From positions 19,265 to 83,264 of the forward strand of contig CAMTPA010000001.1 of assembly GCA_947074275.1 (NCBI GenBank): a stretch of DNA of 64,000 bases. The letters run 5' to 3'. A program made the position numbers and the translations under genes. This document shows positions 38,779-47,502 of the stretch, one piece after another. The number at the start of each line of letters is the position of its first letter. The stretch's first letter is position 1. The notes beneath the pieces are model-generated. The model made no database searches, was not told the origin of the DNA, and saw nothing but the letters and a program-made list of their open reading frames with translations. Source of the DNA: an uncultured Bacteroides sp. Its GTDB lineage: Bacteria; Bacteroidota; Bacteroidia; Bacteroidales; Bacteroidaceae.

Positions 38779-40512
38779 ATGCCAAGCAAAATAACGGAAT
38801 CCATCACGGCATCTAAAATGCGGTTTACGCTGTTTGTATTTTTATTTATTCAAACAATCACCTTGTTTGCGCAGTCGTCTGCTGTCTTCGACTCGCTCAC
38901 TACCCTCATCAATCAGAGCAAAGGAGAAGAGAAGCTAAATATCTGTTATCAGGAGTGCAGCCGAGCGGCGGCACACACCACGGTGGACAACGAACTGGCA
39001 TTGCTTCACATCTACCAAGCAGAGGCCGAAAATCAGAACAATGCCAAACACGAGATGATGGTGCGCACACTGCGACTCTACACCTTCTACAACAGCAATA
39101 TGCACGATAGCATCTTCGTCTATATCAACAATGATTTGGAGGTGTTTCAAAAACACGAGCAATGGGACTTTTACTATTCGTGTCGCAGCCTGACGGTGGA
39201 GAGTTACCGCTATGCCAACCGTTTGCAGAGTGCTCTGAGAGAGGCGCAGGCTATGTACGACTTTGCTGTGAGCCACCACAGCAACTATGGAAAAGGGGTG
39301 GCCGCCTACCTCATTGCATCGTGTCACCAAAGTATGAATCGCAGCGCACAAGCGGTGGAGTTTTTCGAGACGGCAGAAGAGTGTATGCTGACAGAGGGCA
39401 ACGTGGGGCAACTGCACAATATGTATGGCATCGCATGGGAGTCGTTTCTGGCTGCAGGCGAAAACGAGAAACTGCAAAAGATGCTGGACAGGTGGGACGA
39501 TATGTGGAAGGAGTATTGTAAGAAAAACGAGATGCAGCTCACCGATGTGGCTATCTACTACTTGGTGTGTGTATCGGCAAGGGCACACTTGTATACCGAT
39601 AACAAAGATTTTGAAGCGGCCAGACGTGAGTTAGATGAAGCTGCCCGCTTAGCCGAAAATCAGAAAGAAATTTCCAAAGCTTTGTGGTTGAAAGAAGAGG
39701 CACGATATGCCGAAGCGATGGGTGGCTTGGACACAGCACTACACTATTTGGACGAATGCCACAAGGTGCAAACAAACCACAACAACCAGATTGCCGCTGT
39801 GGCTACACAAGAGATGCGAGCCAACTTGCTTATGAAACTTGGACGAATGGACGAAGCCGCACAAATCTACCGCAAGCTACTCCCTCAAAAAGATGCTATG
39901 ATGCAATTGGATATGGCTGCACAGCTCGACGACTTTAGTTCTATCTACAAGGTAGACACACTGCGTGAAGAGAAGATTCTGCTTAGATTGTGGCTGACGG
40001 TTGCTTTAATTGGTTTTGGAGCGATGGCGCTACTTACCACAGGATATTTTTACTATCAAAAGAAGCTGCAAGCCAAAAACAGGACTATTGTCTTGCAATA
40101 CCAAAAACAAAAAAATACCGAAAAGACACTCGAACAGATATTGGACAGCGAATCTTCCACCACATCGTCGGACAAAGATATGGAGATGTTTATGGAAATC
40201 AAGAAGTTTTTGAATAACAAAGAGGTACTCTCAAATCCTTCATTAGATCGCAACCTGCTTGCTGCCGAATTTGGCACCAACTACACCTATATCTCAAGAG
40301 CCATACAAGTTGGTGCGGGGGTAAATGTTAGTGCTTATATCAACCAAGTGCGAATAGACTATGCTTGCGAACTGCTGAAACAAGATAGCGAAAATAGCAT
40401 TGCCGAAGTGTTAGAGAAGTGTGGTTTTCAGTCGCGTTCCTACTTCTACCGCATCTTCAAAAGTCAAATGAATATGTCGCCCACCGAGTTCCAAAAAGAG
40501 TTGAAAGAGTAG
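38779..40512 (+). CDS. Membrane-spanning one-component regulator: signal/TM, periplasmic TPR-like helical domain, TM, cytoplasmic AraC HTH
   Basis: Hydrophobic 'MRFTLFVFLFIQTITLFAQ'; TPR-like helices ('AYLIASCHQSMNRSAQAVEFFETA', 'ANLLMKLGRMDEAAQIYRK'); TM 'LWLTVALIGFGAMALLTTGYFYY'; AraC 'LAAEFGTNYTYISRAI...YINQVRIDYACELL...CGFQSRSYFYRIFK..MNMSPTEF'. The -7 element TATCTTTG at 38740-38747 argues for a start at 38779 or 38818, not 38722. Confidence 0.88.
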   Translation: MPSKITESITASKMRFTLFVFLFIQTITLFAQSSAVFDSLTTLINQSKGEEKLNICYQECSRAAAHTTVDNELALLHIYQAEAENQNNAKHEMMVRTLRLYTFYNSNMHDSIFVYINNDLEVFQKHEQWDFYYSCRSLTVESYRYANRLQSALREAQAMYDFAVSHHSNYGKGVAAYLIASCHQSMNRSAQAVEFFETAEECMLTEGNVGQLHNMYGIAWESFLAAGENEKLQKMLDRWDDMWKEYCKKNEMQLTDVAIYYLVCVSARAHLYTDNKDFEAARRELDEAARLAENQKEISKALWLKEEARYAEAMGGLDTALHYLDECHKVQTNHNNQIAAVATQEMRANLLMKLGRMDEAAQIYRKLLPQKDAMMQLDMAAQLDDFSSIYKVDTLREEKILLRLWLTVALIGFGAMALLTTGYFYYQKKLQAKNRTIVLQYQKQKNTEKTLEQILDSESSTTSSDKDMEMFMEIKKFLNNKEVLSNPSLDRNLLAAEFGTNYTYISRAIQVGAGVNVSAYINQVRIDYACELLKQDSENSIAEVLEKCGFQSRSYFYRIFKSQMNMSPTEFQKELKE

Positions 40513-40634
40513 CCCCTTCACCCTACAAGAACCGTGTTTCTATTTTTCAAAATGAGCGTTATCATTTGGAAAATGAATGTATTTCGCACCTGAGAGCAAA
40601 AACAAAAGCCCCACAACTACTTATTTATCAACTC

Positions 40635-40700
40635 ATTGCATATAGTAGACAATTAATTGCGCATAGTAGACACATCTAAAAAGTATTCTCATTAATTTAG
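40635..40700 (+). promoter_or_regulatory. 17-bp direct repeat with 21-bp period upstream of the pilin gene (candidate AraC operator) and a degenerate -7 element
   Basis: ATTGCATATAGTAGACA (40635-40651) and ATTGCGCATAGTAGACA (40656-40672); TAATTTAG at 40693-40700 has one mismatch to TAnnTTTG. Confidence 0.5.
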
Positions 40701-40780
40701 CTGTCGAAACGATTGTAGCATCATAGCTGATATCTAAATGCACAACTACAACTTGAAAAATACAACACTAAAAAAAGGAT

Positions 40781-43630
40781 ATGAAGAGAAGTATTCTATT
40801 ACACGCAGCCACCGCGCTGCTGTTGCTTGGCACTGCTACGGGCTGCCAGCAAGAAATTGTTGAGGACAACGCACCCTCACAAGGGGCAATGAGAGAAATC
40901 ATCATCCAAGCCTCGATGGGCGAACCGGGCGTAAACACAAGGGCTTCGATGACACCCAGTGGAGATGACTTTATGAACACTACGTGGGTATCTCAATGGC
41001 AATCGCACGACCAATTGGGAGCTTGGAGCACGGGGGTCTCCCAACTTTCGGATTTCAATATCAATGCCGGATACGACAACGAGACGAAGAGTGCCTCGTT
41101 TACAGGACAAATACCACAAGATGCAACCCAAGTACGCTTTATATACCCCTACGATGCTGCCGCAACAATCACAAGCAACACATACACCGTAGACATCAGC
41201 ACCCAAGTGTGCGACGGTGGAGCGGTGTTTCACCACTATGCCAAAAACAAACCAATGGTGAGTGAGTTGATGGATGTGTCTGACGGAAATATCGCTGATG
41301 TAACACTACATAACCTCTGCGCAGGAATGGAGTATCGCATCAAGTTAGACCCTGCCATTACACAAACCGATGTACGGCTGCTGCGTGTGGAGCTGACAGG
41401 TGCGAATATAAAGAGCACCGCCACCCTTGCGCTCACCGACGGAGAGCTGACATATTCGGACGCAGCCAACCAAACTATTGCGATGAATATAGAGAACTCA
41501 CCACAGCTGGATGACTACAAGGGCGAAAAATACTTCTCGGTAGTTGGATCGGTGTTTCCGTTTGAAATGGATGTGGACGATGAAATCACCCTCACGGCAT
41601 ATACCAACTATGGTTTATACACGCGAACATTCAAAGCCACCGAAACAATGAACTTCGGATTGGGCAAGCACCACTACCTTAGCGTGACGATAAATGCTTT
41701 CACAGTTTCAAACACTTGGCTGGGAAAAGGAACAGCAGCCGACCCTTACTTAATAAGGAATCATACCGATATGAAATATATCGCTAATTGCGTTAAATAT
41801 GGGTCGAATGATGATCAAGGTGGGTATATAGAATTTACCTCAGAGGGAGTACATTTCAAACTAATGAATGATATAGACCTCGAATGTAATGAGCAAGAAC
41901 AATGGTTGCCAATAGGAGTGTGCGAGATTGGTCTCAGTATTCCTTTTGCAGGCACATTCGACGGGAATGGCAAAAGAGTAACGGGGCTTTATATTAATAC
42001 AAATTCTCAATGGGATAATATGGCTTTGTTTGGCAACATAGAGGGTGCAACCATTAAAAACCTCATTGTAGAAGGCAATGTGACAGGAGGTGGTAACAAT
42101 GCGGGCATTGTAGCGAATGCACTCAACAGCACCATCATCAACTGCTGCAACGCAGTGGTGGTGACAGGGGGAGTATATGCTTCTGGCGGTATAGCTGGAA
42201 TTATTTCCAACACTTCGATAATGAATTGCTACAACACGGCAGCAATTAACGCAAGCAGAACGGCGAATTATTTCGGCTCCATAGCTGGCTATGCTGATAA
42301 TCAATCCAAGCTAAAGAATTGCTATACCTTAAAGGACTGCGCTGAAACGGGATATTTCGTAGATGGACAAATCATTAACGAAGGAGTCCAGATAGAACAA
42401 TGTTATGACGAGGCATCAACAGATATTTCCCTCACTACGCTCAACACCAACGCAGCTTCCATTCCGGGAGCTTGTGCTTGGATGGAAGGTGCTGACGGCT
42501 ACCCCACCTTTGCGTTTGAGGAATTGCCTGTGGCAAGTGGCGAAATCACCGATAACTGGATAGACTTTGTAGCCCCCAACTTTGGTGGCGGACAAGGCAC
42601 ACAGAAGAATCCCTACATCATCAGCACCCCACAAGAGCTTGCCAAATTGGCGGCGGATGTGAATGGAGATAACACCTACTCAGGTAAATACTTCGCCTTG
42701 GCTTGCGACATCGACCTCAGCGGCAAGCAATGGACGGCGATAGGAGTGTATAAAAACATGTATGGTGTTGTAATTGAAAAGCCCTTCGACGGTACATTCG
42801 ATGGAAACAACAAAAAGATTACGGGGCTGTATATCAACAACAGCAACACAAGAACCGATGTTCAGGGGTTGTTTGGATATTTAGGCAATAGCGGCACTGT
42901 TCAAAACCTGCGCATGTCGGGTTCAATCACCGTTCAAGCCCATAATGTGGGCGGCGTGATAGCATACAACACAGGTATCGTCAAGGGTTGTAGCTTCAGC
43001 GGCACCGTGTCGGCTACGGTTTGGGATACTGCTGGTGGCAATAGCAGTTGCACCGTTGGTGGCATTGTAGGTTGTTCTAAAGGAACAATCATCTCTTGCC
43101 ACAACACAGGGATGGTGACGGCAACAAGTCAATCAACTTCCGCATCTCCTTATATTGGTGGCGTTGTTGGTAATACTTATACCTCTATTACTTCCTGCTA
43201 TAACATTGGTACGGTATCGGTTATGGGTGATAGCAATAGTTATGTTGGTGGCATAGCTGGGGTTGTAGAAATTATTTCTTCTTGCTACAACAATGGCGCT
43301 GTGTCGACTTCGGGAGGTTATACTGGCGGCATCGCAGGTTCTTCTATTTCCATCACCTCCTGTTACAACACAGGTGCGGTGACGGGAGAAAATAGCAATA
43401 TCGGTGGCATTGCTGGAAATACTTATAGCAGGGTAGAATATAGTTATTGTCTGAATGCAACTGACGGTGGCACAGATACAACAATAGGAAGTGGCAATGC
43501 TACCCTTAACAATGTAGCTGCACTATCAAAAGCCGAAATGACCAATGGCACAATGTATAGCAACTTAATACTGGGCGATAGCAATTATTGGAAAAATCGC
43601 ACAGGCGATTATCCTTGGTTGGGCTTTTAA
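40781..43630 (+). CDS. Fimbrillin (Mfa-like, type V pilin) lipoprotein with C-terminal GLUG-repeat adhesin-like domains
   Basis: Lipobox TATGC; pilin-type propeptide ending 'NTR|AS'; 'W...D.LG.W', 'IYPY', 'LHNLCA' N-terminal pilin motifs; two 'G.GT..DPY.I' modules with 'F.GTFDGN.K.ITGLYIN...LFG...GA..KNL...G' and many 'GGIAG..I..CYN.G.V' GLUG repeats. Confidence 0.8.
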   Translation: MKRSILLHAATALLLLGTATGCQQEIVEDNAPSQGAMREIIIQASMGEPGVNTRASMTPSGDDFMNTTWVSQWQSHDQLGAWSTGVSQLSDFNINAGYDNETKSASFTGQIPQDATQVRFIYPYDAAATITSNTYTVDISTQVCDGGAVFHHYAKNKPMVSELMDVSDGNIADVTLHNLCAGMEYRIKLDPAITQTDVRLLRVELTGANIKSTATLALTDGELTYSDAANQTIAMNIENSPQLDDYKGEKYFSVVGSVFPFEMDVDDEITLTAYTNYGLYTRTFKATETMNFGLGKHHYLSVTINAFTVSNTWLGKGTAADPYLIRNHTDMKYIANCVKYGSNDDQGGYIEFTSEGVHFKLMNDIDLECNEQEQWLPIGVCEIGLSIPFAGTFDGNGKRVTGLYINTNSQWDNMALFGNIEGATIKNLIVEGNVTGGGNNAGIVANALNSTIINCCNAVVVTGGVYASGGIAGIISNTSIMNCYNTAAINASRTANYFGSIAGYADNQSKLKNCYTLKDCAETGYFVDGQIINEGVQIEQCYDEASTDISLTTLNTNAASIPGACAWMEGADGYPTFAFEELPVASGEITDNWIDFVAPNFGGGQGTQKNPYIISTPQELAKLAADVNGDNTYSGKYFALACDIDLSGKQWTAIGVYKNMYGVVIEKPFDGTFDGNNKKITGLYINNSNTRTDVQGLFGYLGNSGTVQNLRMSGSITVQAHNVGGVIAYNTGIVKGCSFSGTVSATVWDTAGGNSSCTVGGIVGCSKGTIISCHNTGMVTATSQSTSASPYIGGVVGNTYTSITSCYNIGTVSVMGDSNSYVGGIAGVVEIISSCYNNGAVSTSGGYTGGIAGSSISITSCYNTGAVTGENSNIGGIAGNTYSRVEYSYCLNATDGGTDTTIGSGNATLNNVAALSKAEMTNGTMYSNLILGDSNYWKNRTGDYPWLGF

Positions 43631-43667
43631 GCAAAAAGAGTAATAGCAATAAAAAACAACAGATAGA

Positions 43668-43778
43668 ATGAAAACAAAAATTAGATACGTGAAACCCACC
43701 ATTGAGGTGATAACCATAGAGCTGGAAGCATCCGTGCTATCGGGCAGCAACCAGAGTTCGGGAACAGGATGGGGATAA
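43668..43778 (+). CDS. Unannotated 36-aa peptide MKTKIRYVKPTIEVITIELEASVLSGSNQSSGTGWG
   Basis: Below the track cutoff. ATG 37 nt after the pilin stop, A-rich leader with A at -3, closed by TAATAG, and inside the same transcription unit before the 43801 terminator. Confidence 0.7.
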   Translation: MKTKIRYVKPTIEVITIELEASVLSGSNQSSGTGWG

Positions 43779-43800
43779 TAGCTTGCTGAGCTACTTCCAC

Positions 43801-43862
43801 AAAAAAAGAACGCTGTAAAAAAGATAACAAAATGTTTTTCTTTTTGGCAGCGTTCTTTTTTT
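43801..43862 (+). terminator. Strong hairpin terminator closing the pilin-peptide unit
   Basis: AAAAAAAGAACGCTG...CAGCGTTCTTTTTTT 15-bp perfect arms extended by an imperfect inner stem; the -7 element TATCTTTG of the next gene begins at 43862. Confidence 0.8.
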
Positions 43863-43889
43863 ATCTTTGCAAATAAAACCATCCCCACA

Positions 43890-44915
43890 ATGAAACATCT
43901 ACTAAAGCTGTCGACAATATGCGTAGCCATCTTGTTGATGGTGGCTTGCACCAACCACAACGACGACCACACACAGGGCTACACCATCAATGGCAACATA
44001 CAAGCCCTCGACGGCACCATCTATCTGATAAAGAAAGACGGGAAAAGAAAAGAGACCGTGATAGACTCTACCAACGTGGCCGACGGAAAGTTTGCTTTTA
44101 GCGGACGGATAGAAACACCCATGTATGTGTTTGTGCAAAAGAAATACGAAAGCAACAGCCCCATCGTGAGCTTCTTTCTCGAAAACTCGGATATAACCAT
44201 CGCTGGAAACACCTCGGAGTTGGAGGAGATAAGCGTGAGCGGCTCTACCGAGAATGATTTGTATCGATATGGTTACTACCCTGTGAGAAACGACTTGGAG
44301 AAAGTAGTGGCGTTTGTAAAGCAAAACCCCAGCAGCATAGCTGCCGCCTATGTGATGATGGACGCGCTGATATACGAACTACCCATAGATGAAACTGAGG
44401 CGATGCTAAACGCTATGAGCACCACCGCTCAAAACAGCTCTTATCTACAATGGGTGAGAAGCACCTTAGTAGCCAAAAGAGAAAGTTTGCCCGGAAAGCA
44501 ATACAAGGAAATAGTATTGCCCGATGTGGAAGGCAGCCAGTTGTCGCTATCGAACGTGTTGACGGACAACAAGTATGTGCTGCTCAACTTCTGGGCATCG
44601 TGGTGCCCTTATTGTCGTCGCGACAATCCCGGTTTGGTTTCGGCATACACGCAGTTCAAAGAGAAAGGATTTGATGTATTTGGCGTGTCGCTGGACTACA
44701 ACGCATCGCAATGGACTAAAGCCATAGCAGACGATGGGTTGGTTTGGAGCAATGTATCGGATTTGAAACGCTGGGAATGCGCACCAGCTTTGGAGTATGG
44801 TGTTATCTTGATTCCATCCAACTTTTTGATAGACTCCAACGGCATCATCGTGGCGCAAAATTTGCACAACGACGCTTTGGAAGCAAAGTTAACCGAACTA
44901 TTGGGAGCTGAGTAG
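43890..44915 (+). CDS. TlpA/ResA-like thiol-disulfide oxidoreductase lipoprotein (DUF4369 plus thioredoxin-like domain)
   Basis: Lipobox MVAC; 'YVLLNFWASWCPYCR' CxxC motif; 'GVSLD', 'IPSNFLID.NG.IVA'. Confidence 0.92.
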   Translation: MKHLLKLSTICVAILLMVACTNHNDDHTQGYTINGNIQALDGTIYLIKKDGKRKETVIDSTNVADGKFAFSGRIETPMYVFVQKKYESNSPIVSFFLENSDITIAGNTSELEEISVSGSTENDLYRYGYYPVRNDLEKVVAFVKQNPSSIAAAYVMMDALIYELPIDETEAMLNAMSTTAQNSSYLQWVRSTLVAKRESLPGKQYKEIVLPDVEGSQLSLSNVLTDNKYVLLNFWASWCPYCRRDNPGLVSAYTQFKEKGFDVFGVSLDYNASQWTKAIADDGLVWSNVSDLKRWECAPALEYGVILIPSNFLIDSNGIIVAQNLHNDALEAKLTELLGAE

Positions 44916-45012
44916 GTAGCCGATTTACCTCTTTCACAGTTATTCTTTACAAAGTGTATCAGCTAAATGAGAATTTTTGCCTAAGTTTGTTGGCTGTAAT
45001 GAAATTGTAGGT

Positions 45013-46035
45013 ATGGAAGATAGTTTTGATATACGCGACCACCAACTCACCAAAAAGGAACGCGATTTTGAGAATGCGTTGCGTCCCCTAAGCTTCGACG
45101 ACTTTAGCGGTCAGGACAAAGTGGTAGAAAACCTTCGCATCTTTGTGAAGGCGGCTCGTTTGCGTGGCGAAGCACTCGACCACACGCTGCTACACGGCCC
45201 TCCGGGACTTGGTAAAACAACGCTATCAAACATCATCGCCAACGAATTAGGGGTAGGATTTAAAGTGACCTCAGGCCCCGTGCTCGACAAACCGGGCGAC
45301 TTGGCAGGCGTGCTCACCAGCCTCGAACCAAACGATGTGCTTTTCATTGACGAAATACACCGACTATCACCTGTGGTAGAGGAGTATCTCTACTCGGCAA
45401 TGGAAGATTACCGCATCGACATTATGATAGACAAAGGCCCGTCGGCACGTAGCATACAGATTGATTTGAACCCGTTCACATTGGTAGGTGCTACCACACG
45501 CAGCGGACTACTAACCGCGCCACTACGTGCCCGTTTCGGCATCAACCTCCATTTAGAGTATTACGACGACGACATACTGAGCAGCATCATCCGCCGTTCG
45601 GCATCAATACTTAGCGTGCCTTGCTCCATTCCGGCAGCAGGCGAGATAGCCTCGCGCAGCCGTGGCACGCCTCGTATAGCCAACGCCCTGCTACGCCGTG
45701 TGCGCGACTTTGCACAAGTGAAGGGCAACGGCTCTATCGACACCGAGATAGCCAATTTTGCCTTGGAAGCACTCAACATAGACAAATACGGACTGGACGA
45801 GATAGACAACAAGATTCTACTCACCATCATCGACAAGTTTAAGGGTGGTCCTGTGGGGCTGACCACCATCGCCACCGCATTGGGCGAAGACCCCGGAACC
45901 ATCGAAGAGGTGTATGAGCCTTTCTTGATAAAAGAGGGATTCTTGAAACGAACCCCCCGTGGTAGAGAGGTGACCGACCTTGCCTACAAACATTTAGGGC
46001 GTGTGTCGTTTGGCACACAGTCCACCTTGTTTTAA
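45013..46035 (+). CDS. ruvB: Holliday junction branch migration DNA helicase RuvB
   Basis: Walker A 'GPPGLGKTT', 'LFIDEIHRL', 'GATTRSG', '[10 protein letters not shown]', 'EPFLI..G.L.RTPRGR'. Start refined to ATG 45013; -7 TAAGTTTG at 44982-44989. Confidence 0.98.
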   Translation: MEDSFDIRDHQLTKKERDFENALRPLSFDDFSGQDKVVENLRIFVKAARLRGEALDHTLLHGPPGLGKTTLSNIIANELGVGFKVTSGPVLDKPGDLAGVLTSLEPNDVLFIDEIHRLSPVVEEYLYSAMEDYRIDIMIDKGPSARSIQIDLNPFTLVGATTRSGLLTAPLRARFGINLHLEYYDDDILSSIIRRSASILSVPCSIPAAGEIASRSRGTPRIANALLRRVRDFAQVKGNGSIDTEIANFALEALNIDKYGLDEIDNKILLTIIDKFKGGPVGLTTIATALGEDPGTIEEVYEPFLIKEGFLKRTPRGREVTDLAYKHLGRVSFGTQSTLF

Positions 46036-46053
46036 CAACAGAGCAGCAACACA

Positions 46054-47499
46054 ATGGCCGAACTTAAATCGTTGGTAAAAGATACCGCCATCTATGGCAT
46101 CAGCAGCATCGTAGGACGTTTTCTGAACTACCTATTGGTGCCCATCTACACGCTCACTATGCCAGCCTCATCGGGCGACTACGGAGTGATAACGCAAATA
46201 TATGCTATCACGGCATTGCTACTTGTGCTACTCACCTGTGGAATGGAAACGGGCTTCTTTCGCTTTGCCAATAAAGAGGGTGAAGATCCGACGCGTGTAT
46301 ATGCCACTACATTAATCACTGTGGGAATGATCTCGCTGTCATTCCTATTTGTCTGCTTGGTGTTTCTGCACCCAATAGCCAGTGTGATGGGATTTGGCAA
46401 AAACCCGTGGTACTTGGGTATGATGCTCATCGTGATAGCAATGGACGCAATTCAAAGCATTCCTTTCGCTTACCTTCGCTACCAAAAACGCCCCATCAAA
46501 TTTGCCGCCTTAAAGATGCTCTTCATCGTCACCAGCATTGTGCTCAACATTGTTTACTTCGTGATACTGAAAGGCACCAACGTAGGCGCAGCCTTTGCCA
46601 TCAATCTCATTTGCACCTCGGTGGTGATGATTTGCCTTGTGCCGCAACTTGTGGGTTTCCGTTACCAACTGGACAAAGCCTTGATGAAACGGATGTTCAG
46701 CTACTCGTTCCCTTTGATGGTGCTGGGCATAGCAGGCATACTCAATCAGGTGGCCGATCGCATTATCTTCCCCTTTGTTTACCCCGACCGTGCCGAAGCC
46801 GACGTGCAACTGGGCATCTACGGTGCTACCAGCAAGATAGCGATGATAATGGCCATGTTTACACAGGCTTTTCGCTTTGCCTACGAGCCATTTGTATTTG
46901 GCAAAAGCAAGGACAAAGACAACCGTGCAATGTATGCGCAAGCAATGAAGTTTTTTATCATCTTTGCCTTGCTCGGCTTTTTGGCGGTAATCTTCTACTT
47001 AGACATTCTGAAATTCCTCATCGGACGCGATTATTGGGCAGGCCTGCGGGTAGTTCCCATCGTGATGACCGCCGAGATGTTTATGGGCATCTATTTCAAC
47101 CTGTCGTTTTGGTACAAGCTCACCGACGACACTCGCTGGGGGGCTTACTTCTCGCTCACAGCCTGCATCATCGTGGTGCTGATGAACATCTTCCTGATTC
47201 CCATATACGGATATATGGCTTGTGCGTGGGCTGGCTTTACGGGATATGCCGTGGCTATGCTCCTATCCTACTTTGTGGGGCAAAAAAAATATCCCATCAA
47301 CTACGACCTCAAAGGCATTGGTACCTACGTGCTATTGGCTTTCATCTTATATGCCGCAGCCCAATATTTACCTATCGATAACTTGGCGTTGCGATTGGTG
47401 TTCCGCACACTGTTGCTCTGCTTGTTCATCGCATTTATCGTGAAACGCGACTTGCCGTTGAAGCAAATTCCATTCGTAAATCGTTTTATAAAGAAATAG
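46054..47499 (+). CDS. Polysaccharide biosynthesis/oligosaccharide flippase (MOP superfamily)
   Basis: About 12-14 TM helices; 'TAIYGISSIVGRFLNYLLVPIYT', 'GMETGFFRF', 'QAFRFAYEPF'. Confidence 0.88.
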   Translation: MAELKSLVKDTAIYGISSIVGRFLNYLLVPIYTLTMPASSGDYGVITQIYAITALLLVLLTCGMETGFFRFANKEGEDPTRVYATTLITVGMISLSFLFVCLVFLHPIASVMGFGKNPWYLGMMLIVIAMDAIQSIPFAYLRYQKRPIKFAALKMLFIVTSIVLNIVYFVILKGTNVGAAFAINLICTSVVMICLVPQLVGFRYQLDKALMKRMFSYSFPLMVLGIAGILNQVADRIIFPFVYPDRAEADVQLGIYGATSKIAMIMAMFTQAFRFAYEPFVFGKSKDKDNRAMYAQAMKFFIIFALLGFLAVIFYLDILKFLIGRDYWAGLRVVPIVMTAEMFMGIYFNLSFWYKLTDDTRWGAYFSLTACIIVVLMNIFLIPIYGYMACAWAGFTGYAVAMLLSYFVGQKKYPINYDLKGIGTYVLLAFILYAAAQYLPIDNLALRLVFRTLLLCLFIAFIVKRDLPLKQIPFVNRFIKK

Positions 47500-47502
47500 C
47501 CT

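Noticed and set aside
40781-43630. Pilin as a diversity-generating retroelement target
   Set aside because: No reverse transcriptase, no template/variable repeat pair differing at adenines, and the C-terminus is GLUG-type rather than C-type-lectin-like.
38555-43862. TPR-AraC/pilin block as an integrative mobile element
   Set aside because: No integrase, transposase, tRNA target or flanking direct repeats were found; it is accessory-looking but not demonstrably mobile.
43668-44915. Complete RiPP/lasso peptide cluster around the small ORF
   Set aside because: No RRE/PqqD, lasso cyclase, leader peptidase, radical SAM enzyme or peptide exporter is nearby. The downstream TlpA-like gene has its own promoter and the peptide has no Cys.
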